Part shown: piece after piece, positions 1-13,100 of the stretch
Layout: every line of letters begins with the position of its first letter
Numbering within the stretch: position 1 is the first letter of the stretch
Notes under the pieces: model-generated
What the model was told of the DNA's origin: nothing
The model's database searches: none
The model's input: the letters and a program-made list of their open reading frames with translations, nothing else
Made by a program: the position numbers and the translations under genes
DNA from: Podarcis muralis
Taxonomy: Eukaryota
DNA: 64,000 nucleotides
NCBI RefSeq assembly: GCF_964188315.1
Contig: NC_135666.1
Location: forward strand, 27,404,001 to 27,468,000
Direction: 5' to 3'

Positions 1-1155
1 GTGAAATAGGGGGCTTCTTTTGTTCACTTACATTTCAGTTTTATATATTTTGATTTGAGGTATGTATAAAGCCTGAAGAAATTAGTGCTGTGCTGAGCCT
101 TGAATACTCTCTAGATAATTGAACTAATTAAATCTTTACCAACATTAACACAACTCCAGCATTCCTCGGACAGTGGTTAATTATTGCAGGAACATGGCAA
201 GCTTCAGCTAAACAGATGAAAATAGAGTCCTGTGGAATGGTTATTGAGTTTATTCTTTATTCATCTTTTGATAAGGTTTAATTAAAACTGCCTCTCTCCA
301 TTGTGGTAAGAATGAATGTGCTTGTTTTCTTAGTGAAAGCCGAATTATTCCCTTCAACCATGGTTCAGCAATCAAAGCTGCTTCAAAGTTTTGGGTTATA
401 CTGTAGCTGTGGAGATATAATTGCTGAAACTCTCTATGAAGGCTTTATTCTTTCTTGTGTTTCTTTATTTTTATTTTTATTTAATATACTTTCAAGAATT
501 ACAACATCCTTTCCCAGCTGCAGTTAAATTTTCCAAATGTTTATTATATATACATGGTGAAAGCTCAGAATGGAGTAATTAAAAAACAAACATAAAAAAT
601 ATTTATTTAAGCTCTCCCCTGACAAAATAGTAAGAGGTCATTATTTTAAAATTGTAGTTGCAACTGGTATTTTTTTTAACTTGGCATCATTTAAGCAAAA
701 ATCCTACACTTGTTCAGAAGCTAGACTTTAAGATGAAAAAAAATAATGACTGTGTTTTTAGTGGCAATGAAGGACAGGAATAGTGACTCTTTACATAGGC
801 ATACCAGGCAATGATTCATTTTAAAGCAAAAGTGCTAAAAGTATTGATGCCTTGCCAGTTTATAAAAAAGCAAAACTCACTACCTCTCCAGATAAGCAGT
901 TCCATTTGCTACCCACAGATACACAACTTCATTTTTGAAAACTTATTTTATTGTGTGTTTTTTTAAAAACAGTACAATAAAGCTATTATTAAGAAACTTA
1001 CTATTCATGTCCTATTACGTCAAGATGAGGTTTGATACCGGGGGGGGGGGGCAAAATTTCTACTTTAAAAGTCAACAACAGAATGTGTGGATGTGCCCAA
1101 CACCTGTAAGTGTGCAAGTAGTTGGTTATATGAACAGTTTGTGAATCACTATCCA

Positions 1156-1545
1156 TGCTAGGCTGTGGGAATCAGGCTAGAGTGAGTTAGGAGCTCAGAC
1201 CTGAGAGTTAGGGCTGAAGAACAATTTGAAAAGATGGCAAACCAGAAGGCAGAACTGGTAGAATATGCCAGGAGTTGGCATCAAGAAGCAATCTGGATTG
1301 GGAGGCAAACCAAAAGGCAAGGCCAGTGGACAAGCCCAGAGTCATAAAGAACAAGGCAATAAACAGAAGTCACACTAGAGCTTAGATAGGACTTGTTGCT
1401 TGACTAAATCAACACTGAGTCAGGAAATCCTCTTATATTCTGTCTTGCCCATTAGTAGTCAATGACCAGCTTGGGAAAGATCAGTCTGGAAAATTCGTCC
1501 CTGAGAAGCTAGAGTGACACTGCTTGCCAGGAGCAGTTCCTGATA
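1156..1545. mobile_element. Possible decayed solo LTR
   Basis: Purine-rich block starting TG (TGCTAGG) and ending TCCTGATA, resembling a TCCTGACA LTR end. Flanks ATCCA/ATCAT match only partly as a TSD. Confidence 0.25.
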
Positions 1546-2020
1546 ATCATACAGGTATCCATTCCTTTGTGTGCTAACACTTTACCAGATCCTCCAAGCT
1601 GGAAGGCAAGAAGATGGGAAGCAATGCTTCCTTCCTGACCCAATACTATCCTTCATGCCATTGAGCATTTTGATAATCTGGTGTAGTGAATGCATCACCT
1701 ATGATGGTTCTTGCCCTTTGGAAGTATCTCTTCAGTATTCTGGCCCACACAAGCTCAAGTGATTGGACTAGCATTATGTAAACTTCCAGGCACAGGATAT
1801 TGGAGCTGTAATTTTGGTGCAGCAAATCTATATTCCTCTAGTGACTGACTGACTGACTATTCCTCTAGGCCTCCAAGCAGTGCGTAATGGCATTTGATTG
1901 CAGCCTTGGTCTAGTTATGAAAATTTAAATATCTGCTTCTAAATGTGTCAGGCAGCCTGATTGGAAGGTTGTCCCATCTCCAAGTCTTGTTTGTGATGTC
2001 TGAGCTTCAATGACCTATTT

Positions 2021-2091
2021 AGGTATGTGTGCTGGTCCTGTGTAACCTTTTTAAGGTATGTGTGCTGGTCCTGTGTAACCTTTTTAAGGTA
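2021..2091. repeat. Perfect 33-bp tandem duplication (about 2.15 copies)
   Basis: AGGTATGTGTGCTGGTCCTGTGTAACCTTTTTA at 2021-2053 and 2054-2086, followed by AGGTA. Confidence 0.95.
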
Positions 2092-2659
2092 CACATAGGT
2101 TTTCCTAAAGGGGAAGATCATGTCTCTCACAGACTTGCATCAGGAGAAGGATGCGAGAGGGAGATAGGTTGAACAACCTCATGCTGCAGTTCTGATCTGG
2201 ATTGGAGCCCTCACAACTTTCCTATAGTGCTATATTAGTTGATCATGAGCAGGTATCATGAGCAGCTTGTTACATTTCTATATTATGTGAAGCAAAATCA
2301 CTGGAAATGGAAAAGCCAAGTACAGTAAATAGAAATGTTCAGCTGGGTAGAGGGGTTGATACTCTAATCAGTATTAGATACCCAGAGGCTTTTTTCTAAT
2401 GTAATTTTCTATTTTTGTAAAAATTGTTTTTCCCCCTGGATACCAAAAAAGACAAGCCCTTTGCTGTAATTATATTGAACACTTAAACAGGGAGAAAAGA
2501 GCAGATGTAGCATTTTTTCTTGGTAAGTACTGCAGTAACCTTGCATCTTAAAGAAACCCTATTTTCTTTTAGAGGGTGGGGAGGCTCTGTAGATGTATAG
2601 CTATCATAAAGAAGAAATATCCTTCCACCAGTTTTTATCCTTCTAATAGTACTGACACT

Positions 2660-2884
2660 AGCTCAGTTTGCGCATAATGCTAAGCCAGACCTTGACTTAG
2701 TGGAAGCATGTGGGTTCTGGAGAGGAAACCACAACTGCTTTTCTTCTCGTCTGGTCCTGCTGCTGCTGTGCTGCGGTGAGCTAAACCATGGTTTGGCTTG
2801 GCCCTGTCATCTGAAACAAGTTTGACAAATCATGAACTGTAAGCCATGGTTTGGTTTGGCTTAGCATTGCATGCGAACAGGGTC
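2660..2884. mobile_element. MITE, PIF/Harbinger-like
   Basis: Imperfect terminal inverted repeats sharing AATGCTAAGCCA / TGGCTTAGCATT. Right end GCGAACAGGGTC resembles the reverse complement of the GGCCTTGTTCGCAC start at 55163. Confidence 0.5.
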
Positions 2885-3615
2885 ACTGGTTTCATTTGTA
2901 GTTTGTGTTGATTAAATACCTGCTTGACTGATACTATGCCGTCCTTAAGCAAAAACACTGCTGGATTGAAATTAAGAGGGAGAACTGCTGAACCATACAA
3001 GTATGTAGCTAATTCAATCAGAGAAGCATGAGAAAGGGCGAGAATGGCTAATTGTGTAGGACAGCTTTGTCATTATTTTTGCTCTGAAATGGTGGGAAGC
3101 AGCCTGGGTTTCTGATGCCATCTCTCTGGATTTGGCAACATTTGGCTTTAACCCAAAAGAGAAAGTGGAGTGTATACGTTTCCAGCAGGGCCCTGTTGCT
3201 CTTGCACAGAATGGTTAACAGTGACATTAGTAGACAGAATGACCATTCCCCTACTCTTCCTTTAAGCAGATCCTTTAAAATGTATTATTGGGTGGATGAC
3301 CCATTACTTTGGGGTGCTAACTACCTCCCCCCCCCCATAGTTATACATACACTACATTGTTTTCACAAGAATTTCATTTCATCCCATGAAATTAATTGTG
3401 TTGACCTTACCTAAAAGTGGCATGGCAGTTACAGCCCGGCATATCCATGCCACCATGACCCAGCCTCTCCTTGCCAGGCTCCAACAGCCAACGGAAGACA
3501 TAACAACCTCTCCCATTGGCTGTGGGAATTCAAATTGGCCCATCTGCAAAATTGGCCAGTTATAGGCAGGTGTGGAAGCAGGGATTCAGAATGGTGGAGC
3601 TGATAGGGACTCCCA

Positions 3616-3645
3616 AAGGAGTCCTCACTGAAGGAGTCCTCACTG
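3616..3645. repeat. 15-bp tandem duplication
   Basis: AAGGAGTCCTCACTG occurs twice in tandem. Confidence 0.9.
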
Positions 3646-6339
3646 AGGTCCCCTCCCCTGGCTTAAAACAGACCCACCTCCTCACCCTGCACCGCAGTTG
3701 CCTTTTCGATCTCCCTCCGTTCCTTAACTCATGGTTGCATCATTTCATTTGTGTGTGATATCTTGTTCGACTTTGCCAAGGGTTGCTTCGGTATCAGTAT
3801 TCAGTATATCAGCCTCTGTTGGAAACAGCATAATACCAGGTAGATGTTTTCTGAAACTGAAACATATATATGTTTGTGTAGTGATTTTTAAATACTAAAA
3901 AGGGTCCGAGCAAGTAAATTTAGAGTATATTTCAACATTGAATCCCCCCATCAAATTTACTTCAGAATTCAAGCTTATTAGGGCCCTAAGAAATAATATT
4001 GTTGCATAGTTGCTACAAAAAGAATGTGAAATTGGGACATGGAGCATGTGGTGTTCTTGATCATGTTAGGGCCTGTCTGCTTCATTTGCAAGCACAGCAG
4101 TTTAAAATATGACTGTCGTAAAGCTCAGTTCTTCTCTGAAATGTAGCTTTGCATGCATCTAAGGGTTCTCCCTGCCCCCCATGCAGTCCTTGCATGAATG
4201 TAGGTTAAGTCTGACCACCTATGCTGGATGTATATTACTATGAACATGGTTGCTATAGGCATTTGCTCCTTGAAACTCGGGACGGGCTGCATATTTCTCT
4301 TGCAAGTAGCCAATAGCTATGAATAAAATTAATCTATCCCACTTCACGACATATTTTTTCTTTTGAACTCCCAAACCTGGAATGCTCTGCTGCACACCGA
4401 GCAATAGAATATGCCTTTCAGATATTGTCTGTGAATTATCCCACCTCAAACTTTAGTGTTACTTCTCTGCAGAATTTGAATGTTGATGCATGTTTATAGA
4501 GGTGTTTGTGTTAAGAAGCAAGAACCTCAAGTCTTGCTCTGTGAGCTGCCTGTGTCTGTTTCTCCTGCTCAGCCTTGTACATACACAGAAACGAATGAGA
4601 TTTGTAACATTAGTCCCTGCAATTGGCAGGCAGCATGGATCACCTAGACTGCCCAGAGCTGATATAAATACAGGTAAGGGATTTCTGCCCTCAACTGTTT
4701 AACAAACCAGTACCCTCTGCCTGCTGTACTTCAGACTCATGCACCAATCCCTTGCGCCTGTATCAAACCTTGGGACCGTAGAGCTGGAGAACATAACTAT
4801 CAATAGGTTTGCATTCGGGTGTGACTTCCCATGATCCTGGGATGGCCCAATTCTTTGGACTTTTAAAAACATTAATTCACAAAAGCACTGTTAGCTTGCC
4901 CTTTCTGACAAGCTAGTTGCATTCTCTTCAGTTGGTGTTTCAGCTACTAATACAAAAAGCCATCCACTGGGGGCTACCAATTGCATCTAGAGCGTTGAGG
5001 TTATCCCATTTTTTCCTGCCCATATCCCCTCTTGCCACTCTTTGCAGTGGATATTGATCAATTTTACTTCTAAAACACGCTTCATCAGTAGAGATCCCAA
5101 AGTAGTCACAAGCTTAAAAAAACAAAACAGTAAAATAGTGTTTCAAACAGCAGCAATTCTCAATAAGCCTGAGATCTTAGCAAATTTTACTCCAGTAGTG
5201 GCCATCCATCTCATCAGAGGCAACCTTCAGTGGGAAATCAGTGCAGTTGGGCGGGGAGGTAGCTAATTGCAAGCATGTGCTTAAAAGAACATGTGTCATA
5301 TAACATGTAGTTTGACCTTCTGAAGTTTACCCTGTAATACATGTGTTCATTATAACATATTCAGATTTTAGGATGCTGAATACACTAGTAACTCATACGT
5401 AATTCTTCTCTACTGATTCTAGAAGAATTAGAATGCTTCAAATACAGTGTTGAACAATAAGCCCTTTTACATCTTTAACCACTTTCAAATGTATTTTTAA
5501 TCCATTAACAAACTTCCTAATACAGCATTAAATCTACATCTTCAAATAGATTTGCCTGCCTTTCACAATCTTTTGTATTCACTTTATTCCGTACCTTCCA
5601 TTTTTAGTTCCTTTCCTTGACCTTAGCATACAAATGTGTAATGGGAGAAAAAATGATTGACTCACAGAACAGGGGTCTGCAGTGTAGTGATTTCATGCTC
5701 AGTTGTTGGCTAACAAGCTGCCATAGTTTCATTTAGTGAAGCCCAGTTGCAAAAGATGAAGGATTGTGTAAGGCCCAGCTGCCAAGGTTACAGAACAGAC
5801 TGCTTAAAGGACTTCAAGGTTCCAAGTGTGAGGGGAATTGTCTCTGCCCAGCAGGTATGGAATAGATTTAGACAGAGTCTGTTGTGCACAAGATGCTGAC
5901 TGGCCTAAGCAATTCATAAATCCCCACCAAAATTACAACATTCTCCTCCCATTTCGCTGTGTACATACTTAACCCTTACACAGCTGTTCTGGAATAGCTT
6001 GTCTTTCAAAATAGGCATGAAATATAAAAAAGCTGTTTCTACATACTTTGTGGTAATAGTGATCCATGATAGAACCTGGCGTAACCAAATGCATGCATGT
6101 ACTACTCTACTGATATAGCTTTATATTTGAAAAGAAAAAGGCAGTCCTTTTAATTACCCAAATAGCTTGATAGTCAAGGGCCTCTCAGACTTTCTAAGCC
6201 CCAGGCTTACTTGGCAGGGCTAAACATTTCTGAGGCCCATGAATCATAATATGGTGGTGGAGGGGTAGAGCCAGTAATATATATAGGAGGAAATTGGCAT
6301 AATCAGTTGCTAATTACTGATATCCTTTTATATTGACAG

Positions 6340-6420
6340 TTAATAATTCTTGGGAAATTGTTAGATTCACTGCTAAATTTCATTGTGGCAGGGAATTCCA
6401 TAGTTCAGCTTTTCTCAGGC
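6340..6420 (-). mobile_element. Decayed CR1/L2-type LINE ORF2 C-terminal relic
   Basis: Minus strand of 6386-6406 reads ELWNSLP, the typical CR1/L2 C-terminal LWNxLP motif. Flanks are heavily degraded. Confidence 0.25.
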
Positions 6421-6977
6421 TGAATACAGACATGCTCTCTGGAGGTATTGTGACTCAGCCTTCCCATTTTAGGCAAAATTTGTTGATTCAGCACATATCT
6501 CTCAGCCTCAGACCTGCTACCAGGTTTCAAATTCCCAGTGTTTCCAGCCTTTCTTTGTCTTCTTTCCTCTACCACCACCTCTTTAAAAGCACATGGTTTT
6601 TTCAGCTGAAAAATCCATACCTGGGAAGATTTCAGTTAGTTATCTGCTTCTGTCATTTAAATCCAAGGGAAATATTGTTTATTTGCAATGTTAGAAAGGA
6701 TTTCACAAAGTTAAATCATCCATCCTTCCAATTCCTGAATTATATACTGTAATATAACTGGATGATGCAACTGGCATCTACTATTAAATTAAACATAGAG
6801 AATAGTTGAAGTAACAGGCTATTTCTATCTGTGTCAAAAAGGTGTCATAGTGGTTAATTAAGTTGTTTTTAGCTCCAAGGTTTCTCTATGCATTTCATTA
6901 GCACTTATTATTCAAACACTGCATATACAGATCTGTCTTTAAGTAATATAGACTAAATTGTACAGTCTTTTTATATA

Positions 6978-7401
6978 CCGTATTGGCCTGAATACAGTGG
7001 TACCTCAGGTTAAGAACTTAATTTGTTCTGGAGGTCCGTTCTTAACCTGAGGTACCACTTTAGCTAATGGGGCCTCCTGCACCGCTGCGCAATTTCTGTT
7101 TTCATCCTGAAGCAAAGTTCTTAACCCAAGGTACTATTTCTGGGTTAGCGGGGTCTGTAACCTGAAGTGTCTGTAACCCAAGGTACCACTGTATGGGCCT
7201 CATTTTTCCCCCAAATTCCGACCGTGAAAAGCGACCTTACAAAAATTGGCTTTTACGATATCTCTGCTGAAACAGACATACGGTAAAATGGAACAGGTGT
7301 GAGTGCCTGCGGAATTTTAAGAGAGCGGCTTATATTCAGGTATTGTCTTTTTTTCTTTCCCCCTCTTGAAGTCTAAAGATGTGGCTTATATTCGGGCCAA
7401 T
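6978..7401. mobile_element. Tc1/mariner-type MITE (host element, interrupted)
   Basis: Left end TA|CCGTATTGGCCTGAATA. Right subterminal/terminal copies GCGGCTTATATTCAGG (about 7325) and GTGGCTTATATTCGGGCCAAT (7381-7401). Interrupted by the MITE at 6995-7191. Confidence 0.65.
6995..7191. mobile_element. Tc1/mariner (Tigger-like) MITE
   Basis: TIRs CAGTGGTACCTC...GGTACCACTG flanked by a TA TSD (6993-6994, 7192-7193). Same family as 17334-17543 but in the opposite orientation. Confidence 0.9.
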
Positions 7402-7829
7402 CTTTCTTCTGCTGTGCATTAAATTCATCATAGCTGATACATTTTCCTTAATTTTGTGGAACTAGGTAATATTTTTGCTTTTATTCTGTTGTTGCCTTAT
7501 AATTCCTATTCATAAGGAATTCCTATTGTCTTCTCACTTCCCACTTCAAAATTTACTTTAGAATCATATCACTGCATTTACTACAAAGGAAGACAGCAAT
7601 ATGAGGTAATAGTAGTCAGTGCATTCTTTCCCACAAAAATGCACCCCTTAAGGAATTATATGGTGCTTTTTATTTACTTCTTACATTTTTCTTTCATGCA
7701 TTACATTTGTATAAGTTTACTGCATCCTAGACACTTGAGAAATCAGCCTGCTGGTCTGTTCCTTTACTGATCTCCCCCCCCTTTTTATAAGCTGCTATGG
7801 CAACATTTCTTATCAAAGGACCTTGACTC

Positions 7830-8040
7830 TTGAATGTATGAAATCCCAGCTGTAGAGTTTGATACACCAAAGTAACTTCCACTTGACCAAATTCATCCTA
7901 TATTTAACTCTATGGGTATAAACCTTTCTACAAGGCATAAGTTGATTCAAGACCACAATGAGAGATAGCTGCTGATCACATTCTTCCAAATCTCAAATTT
8001 CAAACAATACTTACAAATATTTAAAATGGGATAGTTCCTT
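7830..8040 (-). mobile_element. Very old LINE RT relic
   Basis: Minus strand of 8002-8028 reads HFKYL*VLF, resembling the FKYLG RT motif. Multiple stops. Confidence 0.25.
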
Positions 8041-9229
8041 CTCCTGGTTGTTAGATGAACAATTTGCAAATGACCCCCAGGGAAGTGATGTTCCACAATT
8101 TCCATATCATCCCTGTAGCAGAAGACAAAACGAGAGAACTGCTAAGCAAGCCCTGTGACATTAGAAGAAAACCCCAACATAACACTCAAGCAACTTCTGT
8201 CCCCCAGCCAGGTTCCTCTGTCTTAAAATAAGAGGGCACTGAGTTACCTAACTTGGGAAGACTGTGTTCCTTTTAGTTTTACCTGAGAAATACATTCCCC
8301 TAGCATAAGGTATGTACCTCAATTCTGATGATAAAACTTTGTTCTGTACTCTAAAAAAGTAGTGAGCTAATTCCATTTTCAATGGGAGTTGACTTACAAG
8401 TGAGAAAGCTGTTTGAAACCAAGGTATGAACTGGAAGTTCTAGAAAGCACCTTTCCTTACTGTCCATATGCAAGTTGTCACTTGTCTGTATGCAAGAGGT
8501 TCCAATAATCAAGGCTGTTCCTTCCTGATAGTATTAAAAACCAGAAAACTCAAACTTCTCTTTGCCTACCCCTGAACTAAAGCATTGAAAGCTTAAACTA
8601 TGCTTATTATAGCATATATTTATCAATAGATTGCAAAGCAAATCTGCACTGAGAGTATAATGTGAATTGTTTTGAGATCATAATTATCACAGGCCCCAAC
8701 ATTTCTCTCTAACTTATCACACTGTTTTATCTTGAGTAATTCAGATCCTTGGAGACTCCTTTCTTCAAAGCTTTGGAGAGGACTTTAGTGGGGTTAGATT
8801 GGTGAAAATGGACAGGTTTCAAAACTAAACTACATACCTCTGCTGTTACAGTTTTCTGTAATCCTTTTGGACACTTGCAGCTGTAAAGCGTTTCATTCTT
8901 TAGAAAGCCATGTGTCTCCCAATTCACTCACTAAATTAAACTTTTCTGCTGACTTGTGTTTATTTAAACAGCTTTGATTAAGTAATTATACTAGTTTGCC
9001 TGTCATGGTTTCATTGGTCTCCTATAGCCCCTGGAGGGGGAAGGCAGAAAAAGACTATTTATGGTCAGCTGGAGGTCTTGTCCAGAGCTGCTTGTACCTG
9101 CCCAACATCAAGTACTATATTTATTAATTGAACTCTAACCTTTTCTTACCCTGAACTTTCATTATGAGCCCTTTCTTGATATTTCTGAATGTTTTTTTCT
9201 AGTCCTGCCTGTTTGCTTTAAAATATTTG

Positions 9230-9420
9230 TTTGTTTAATATTTGTTATTCTCTTTACCCAAGTATTCAAAGGTGGCTTGAAGCTGCAGATTTAGAAAACG
9301 TCAGCAAACAATAAAATATATAATAGAAAACATTAAAATAAAGGCAACAAACAAAAAACAGAATGGCAGCAATTAAAACAGAACTATAATATCCACTAAG
9401 TATGTCTGATAAACACGTAA
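9230..9420 (-). mobile_element. L2-like LINE 3' tail fragment
   Basis: A-rich reversed tail with CCCAAGTATTCAAAGGTGGCTT, resembling squamate L2 3' ends. Confidence 0.3.
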
Positions 9421-9489
9421 TTGACCCATAAATCCTTCAGTTTTACACATGTGAAGGTTCTGTAAACCAAAACTGATTCCAAGATATTG

Positions 9490-9625
9490 CTACTGCACTA
9501 TCTCAATGCACAATATGTCAAATCTTTTGGATTTAAGCTGGTCTGGTCAGTACTTCTATATGGGTGATCATGTGGGAACCCTATGTATGCTGTCTTTGAG
9601 TTTCGTTGTGGAAGGAAGGTGTATT
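9490..9625 (+). mobile_element. Degenerate 5S rRNA-derived SINE fragment
   Basis: AAGCT..GGTCTGGTCAGTACTT..ATGGG.GA...TGGGAA aligns by eye to the 3' half of 5S rRNA (TGGTTAGTACTTGGATGGGAGACC) and is followed by a SINE-like tail. Too diverged to be a 5S gene. Confidence 0.4.
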
Positions 9626-9837
9626 AATTAAATATGAATGCATTGCTTTGTGTAGATTTTCAAAAACATTATTAAATATGACTTAAGAAGATAAATGCCA
9701 AATCTCTTCCATTTGTCTTCATTACTTTTGCCGGTTGAATACAAACCTGCAAATAGAAGGAATCTTTGGATACAAAATCTGTATATAGATGGCATCTCCC
9801 ACTTAACAGCAAATCTATTTAACGTTTTCCCTTAGAT

Positions 9838-10159
9838 CATGGGTGGATAACAGTTTTCAGCCTGGGGCTGTACTCCTTTTTGGCCAAACTTTCAAGGACC
9901 ACATGCCAGCTTTGTGTGAGGTCAGAGGTCAAAGTGAACCAACCAATTAATATAATTTTTGCTTTTGTACAGTAGGCAAGCTTTCACACACACTAACAAA
10001 CCCCTCTGTAGCCTCCATCCTGATGAGCAAGAGGCATTATCAGAATTCAAGGCAAAGATACTCAGGGATGGGATGTAGCCTAGGGAGAATCCCAAGAGTC
10101 ATATAGAGAGACCTGGAGGGCTGCATCTGGCCCCCAGGTTTGATGCTCCCCCACCCCTT
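9838..10159. mobile_element. hAT-type MITE
   Basis: Ends CATGGGTGG.../...CCCCACCCCT. 8-bp TSD CCTTAGAT / CCCTAGAG (6/8). Related to 22334-22572. Confidence 0.65.
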
Positions 10160-13100
10160 CCCTAGAGCATTCCTCAAAAGTAAGAAGCTTTTCCCCTTGT
10201 GCAAAAGCCTGTTGTACAAGCAGAAATATGAACTGTGATAGAGGACCTATTGTAGCACTGCATAACTTCTTGCAGAAGTTATTGACACAATCATTTATTA
10301 AACAACGCAAGCAACACCCCCCCCCAAAAAAAAAACACAACTTACCATACTTATGGCTCAGTGCATCTTTTAAAAAGGCATTCACTACACTAAACAACCA
10401 GAAGTCCTACACTTCTCAGTAGAATTTGTGAGACTCAAGGAATATGAAACCATAGTTTGTTTACCTGAAGCTAGCTAATTTGATATTTCTAAATTACTTA
10501 CATTTAGGGCACAGTCTTTATGGAAGACAAACATAATGGGGTCAATGAACACAAATTCTTAGATACTTAGAGGAGTCAAGTCTGTAAAAAAAGGGGGGAA
10601 AGACAGAACTTTTCTAGTCTCAAAACCACCTAGTGATCCGAGGTTGGTGGTCTCAAAACAAAACATTTGTGAGGAAACAAATACCAACCTGCCATAGATA
10701 TACATAGAGTGAAGATGTTTTAGTTTAAAAGAACAGCAGCTGAGAAACAGTTATTTGATCCCTGCTGTTTGAGGGACAAAAGAAGAGCGTTTTTGCGATC
10801 ACTCATCAGTGATCCCTGTGCAGCTTGATTCCAACAGCCGCAACAAAACCACAGATGTTATAACAACATTGCAGTAGGTGGTATTATGTTGCAAATCTTA
10901 TGCATAGTAGTATCAGACAGATGTATTGTTCTGTTGCTTCCAGAACTATTGCCCAAGTTTGCTGCAACAGTACAGCTAGTCTGTACATAATTTGTAAATT
11001 ATGTGCCTGCGTCACCTACTCTATTTATCTGAAGTAGAGCCATAACTTGCAAGTTGTGTGTGTGCTTCACACAAACAGAAGTATGAAAATTTCCATAGGG
11101 CCCTTCTGTTGGAACTATCTGTTATAGAAGGTTGCATTATAGTGAGTGTGTGTTTGTGAGAGACAGACAAAGACAGAGGACAGGATTCTACTACCTGTGT
11201 TTTGTTCAGATGTTGTGCACACAAAATAAACATAAGTACTCATGTCTAATGTGCAGACCAGTTACATACACACATTAACAGACCTTTTAGGGTCGTTGTC
11301 CCCAGAAAAATCAACTTTGAAGTATTATGATTTGGAGTTAGGAAGAAGCACTTAACCCTTCCCTGCCTTCTGCTTCTCTGTTCCTAATTGCCCTTTCCTC
11401 AAACCACCTTTTTTTACCTGTGGATTTCAAATGCATGTTAACAGTTCTTTTTGGAAACATGAAATAACAACACACTAAGCACTGCTTTGAAGCAAATCCA
11501 TAGAACACAAATCATGTATGTATTGATTTATAGGTTCACTGCATACAAAGCACCTGGTTTTTCTGTGACATTTTTCTCTTTCTTCCACATAATCGAATTA
11601 CCAAGAATTATTTGATGTTGTTAGCACTTAACCTAGACTTTTTTATGAAATCAGTTGCTCAGTCAGCATGCCTGCCACCTATGTCCACACAGCCAACATA
11701 TCTTTACACTATCTAGGTCCTTCTATCTGAAGGATTGTATGAAATTTTATGTTAAACGGTGGTCTGCTATTCACACATCCATTTTATTTTCTTTGAACAT
11801 GGACCACAGTTAAGTGTATTGTACAACTAGGCAGTTTGATATCACTTTGATAGACACAAAGTGACCTTATATGTGCACTCCTGTGTACTCTAATCTGTGG
11901 TCTCCCATCTCCCACTCGACAGGAATTCTGAGATGTTGATGGAACCCTCCGTTTCAACAGAGCAGCTGTGCTGACCTTTAACCCTTCACACTGGTTCTGA
12001 CAGCTGCCTGCCATGTGTAGAGGAAACCTCACAGACGAACATTTCTGTCCTGAAGTAAAGACTTTTAGATAAACATGCAAGCACTACTATGGATACTACT
12101 TTTAAAAATAAATAAGCTACTGAATATATAACAGCAGGATACGTTGTAGACTGTTAAAAAATATATACACACTATTGCTAGCTCGTTTTCCTGAAGAACT
12201 TTTAAATAACGAAAATTATCATAAACTTAAAACTGCACACCAAATGTAACCAATCTGAAATTTATAAATTTTATTAAATGAAGTTAATTGGGTGCCGCAA
12301 ATATAGGCTTATGGCATTACTGGCATATATGTAGGTGAGGTGATTCAGACACTTCTAAAGCAACTGAACTTGTGTGCAGTTTTTAAATTTTAATCCAAAT
12401 AATACAACCTTTTTCCAGTTGTTGTTTTCGGGGGGAGGGGGAATTAAAACACAACTTTAACCAAAAAGAAAACTGCTTTAAAAACCTTTATGTGTTAAAA
12501 TATGGTGACTTGAATGTCAGGTTCATCTTGCTCTTATTGAGAGTCCAGTGTTATGTGCTAATGTTTTCCTGCCTTTTTGCGCAGCTGTCATGGTATTAAT
12601 ATAATATACCTTCCCCATTTGTGTAGAGGTCACTATTCTGTTGCCCACTCACATTACGTCTGCTCAGATATTAACTGCTTGAGATTTTTTATCTCAATAA
12701 ATATTGAACAGTACCTCAACAACATGAGGTATTGCTTTTTCTAAAATGAATGAATGAATGAATAAAAATACAGTAGAAGACTTTTTTTATTCATTTGTTT
12801 CTTAGCAGCAGAAGAAAGTCTCTTGGTTAAAATCATATTCTATTCAAATTCTTACCTTACCTTACAAAATAGTTGCCTCTTTTTTCTATTGGACAGTTTG
12901 ACAGACTGTAATTCAGTACTGTTAATTTTTTGTTCATATGTTACTAAAAATAAAACAAAAATCGGGTGGGGGGGGGAACCGCTCTCTCTGTGTAGGGTGT
13001 TAAGTGTTCATGTCCTTAAGGCAAATGGATAATATATTTTCTACCTCTGTCCAGCTGGAAATTCTGTTAAATTGGCACATGAGTGCCTCTTTAGTTGAGT

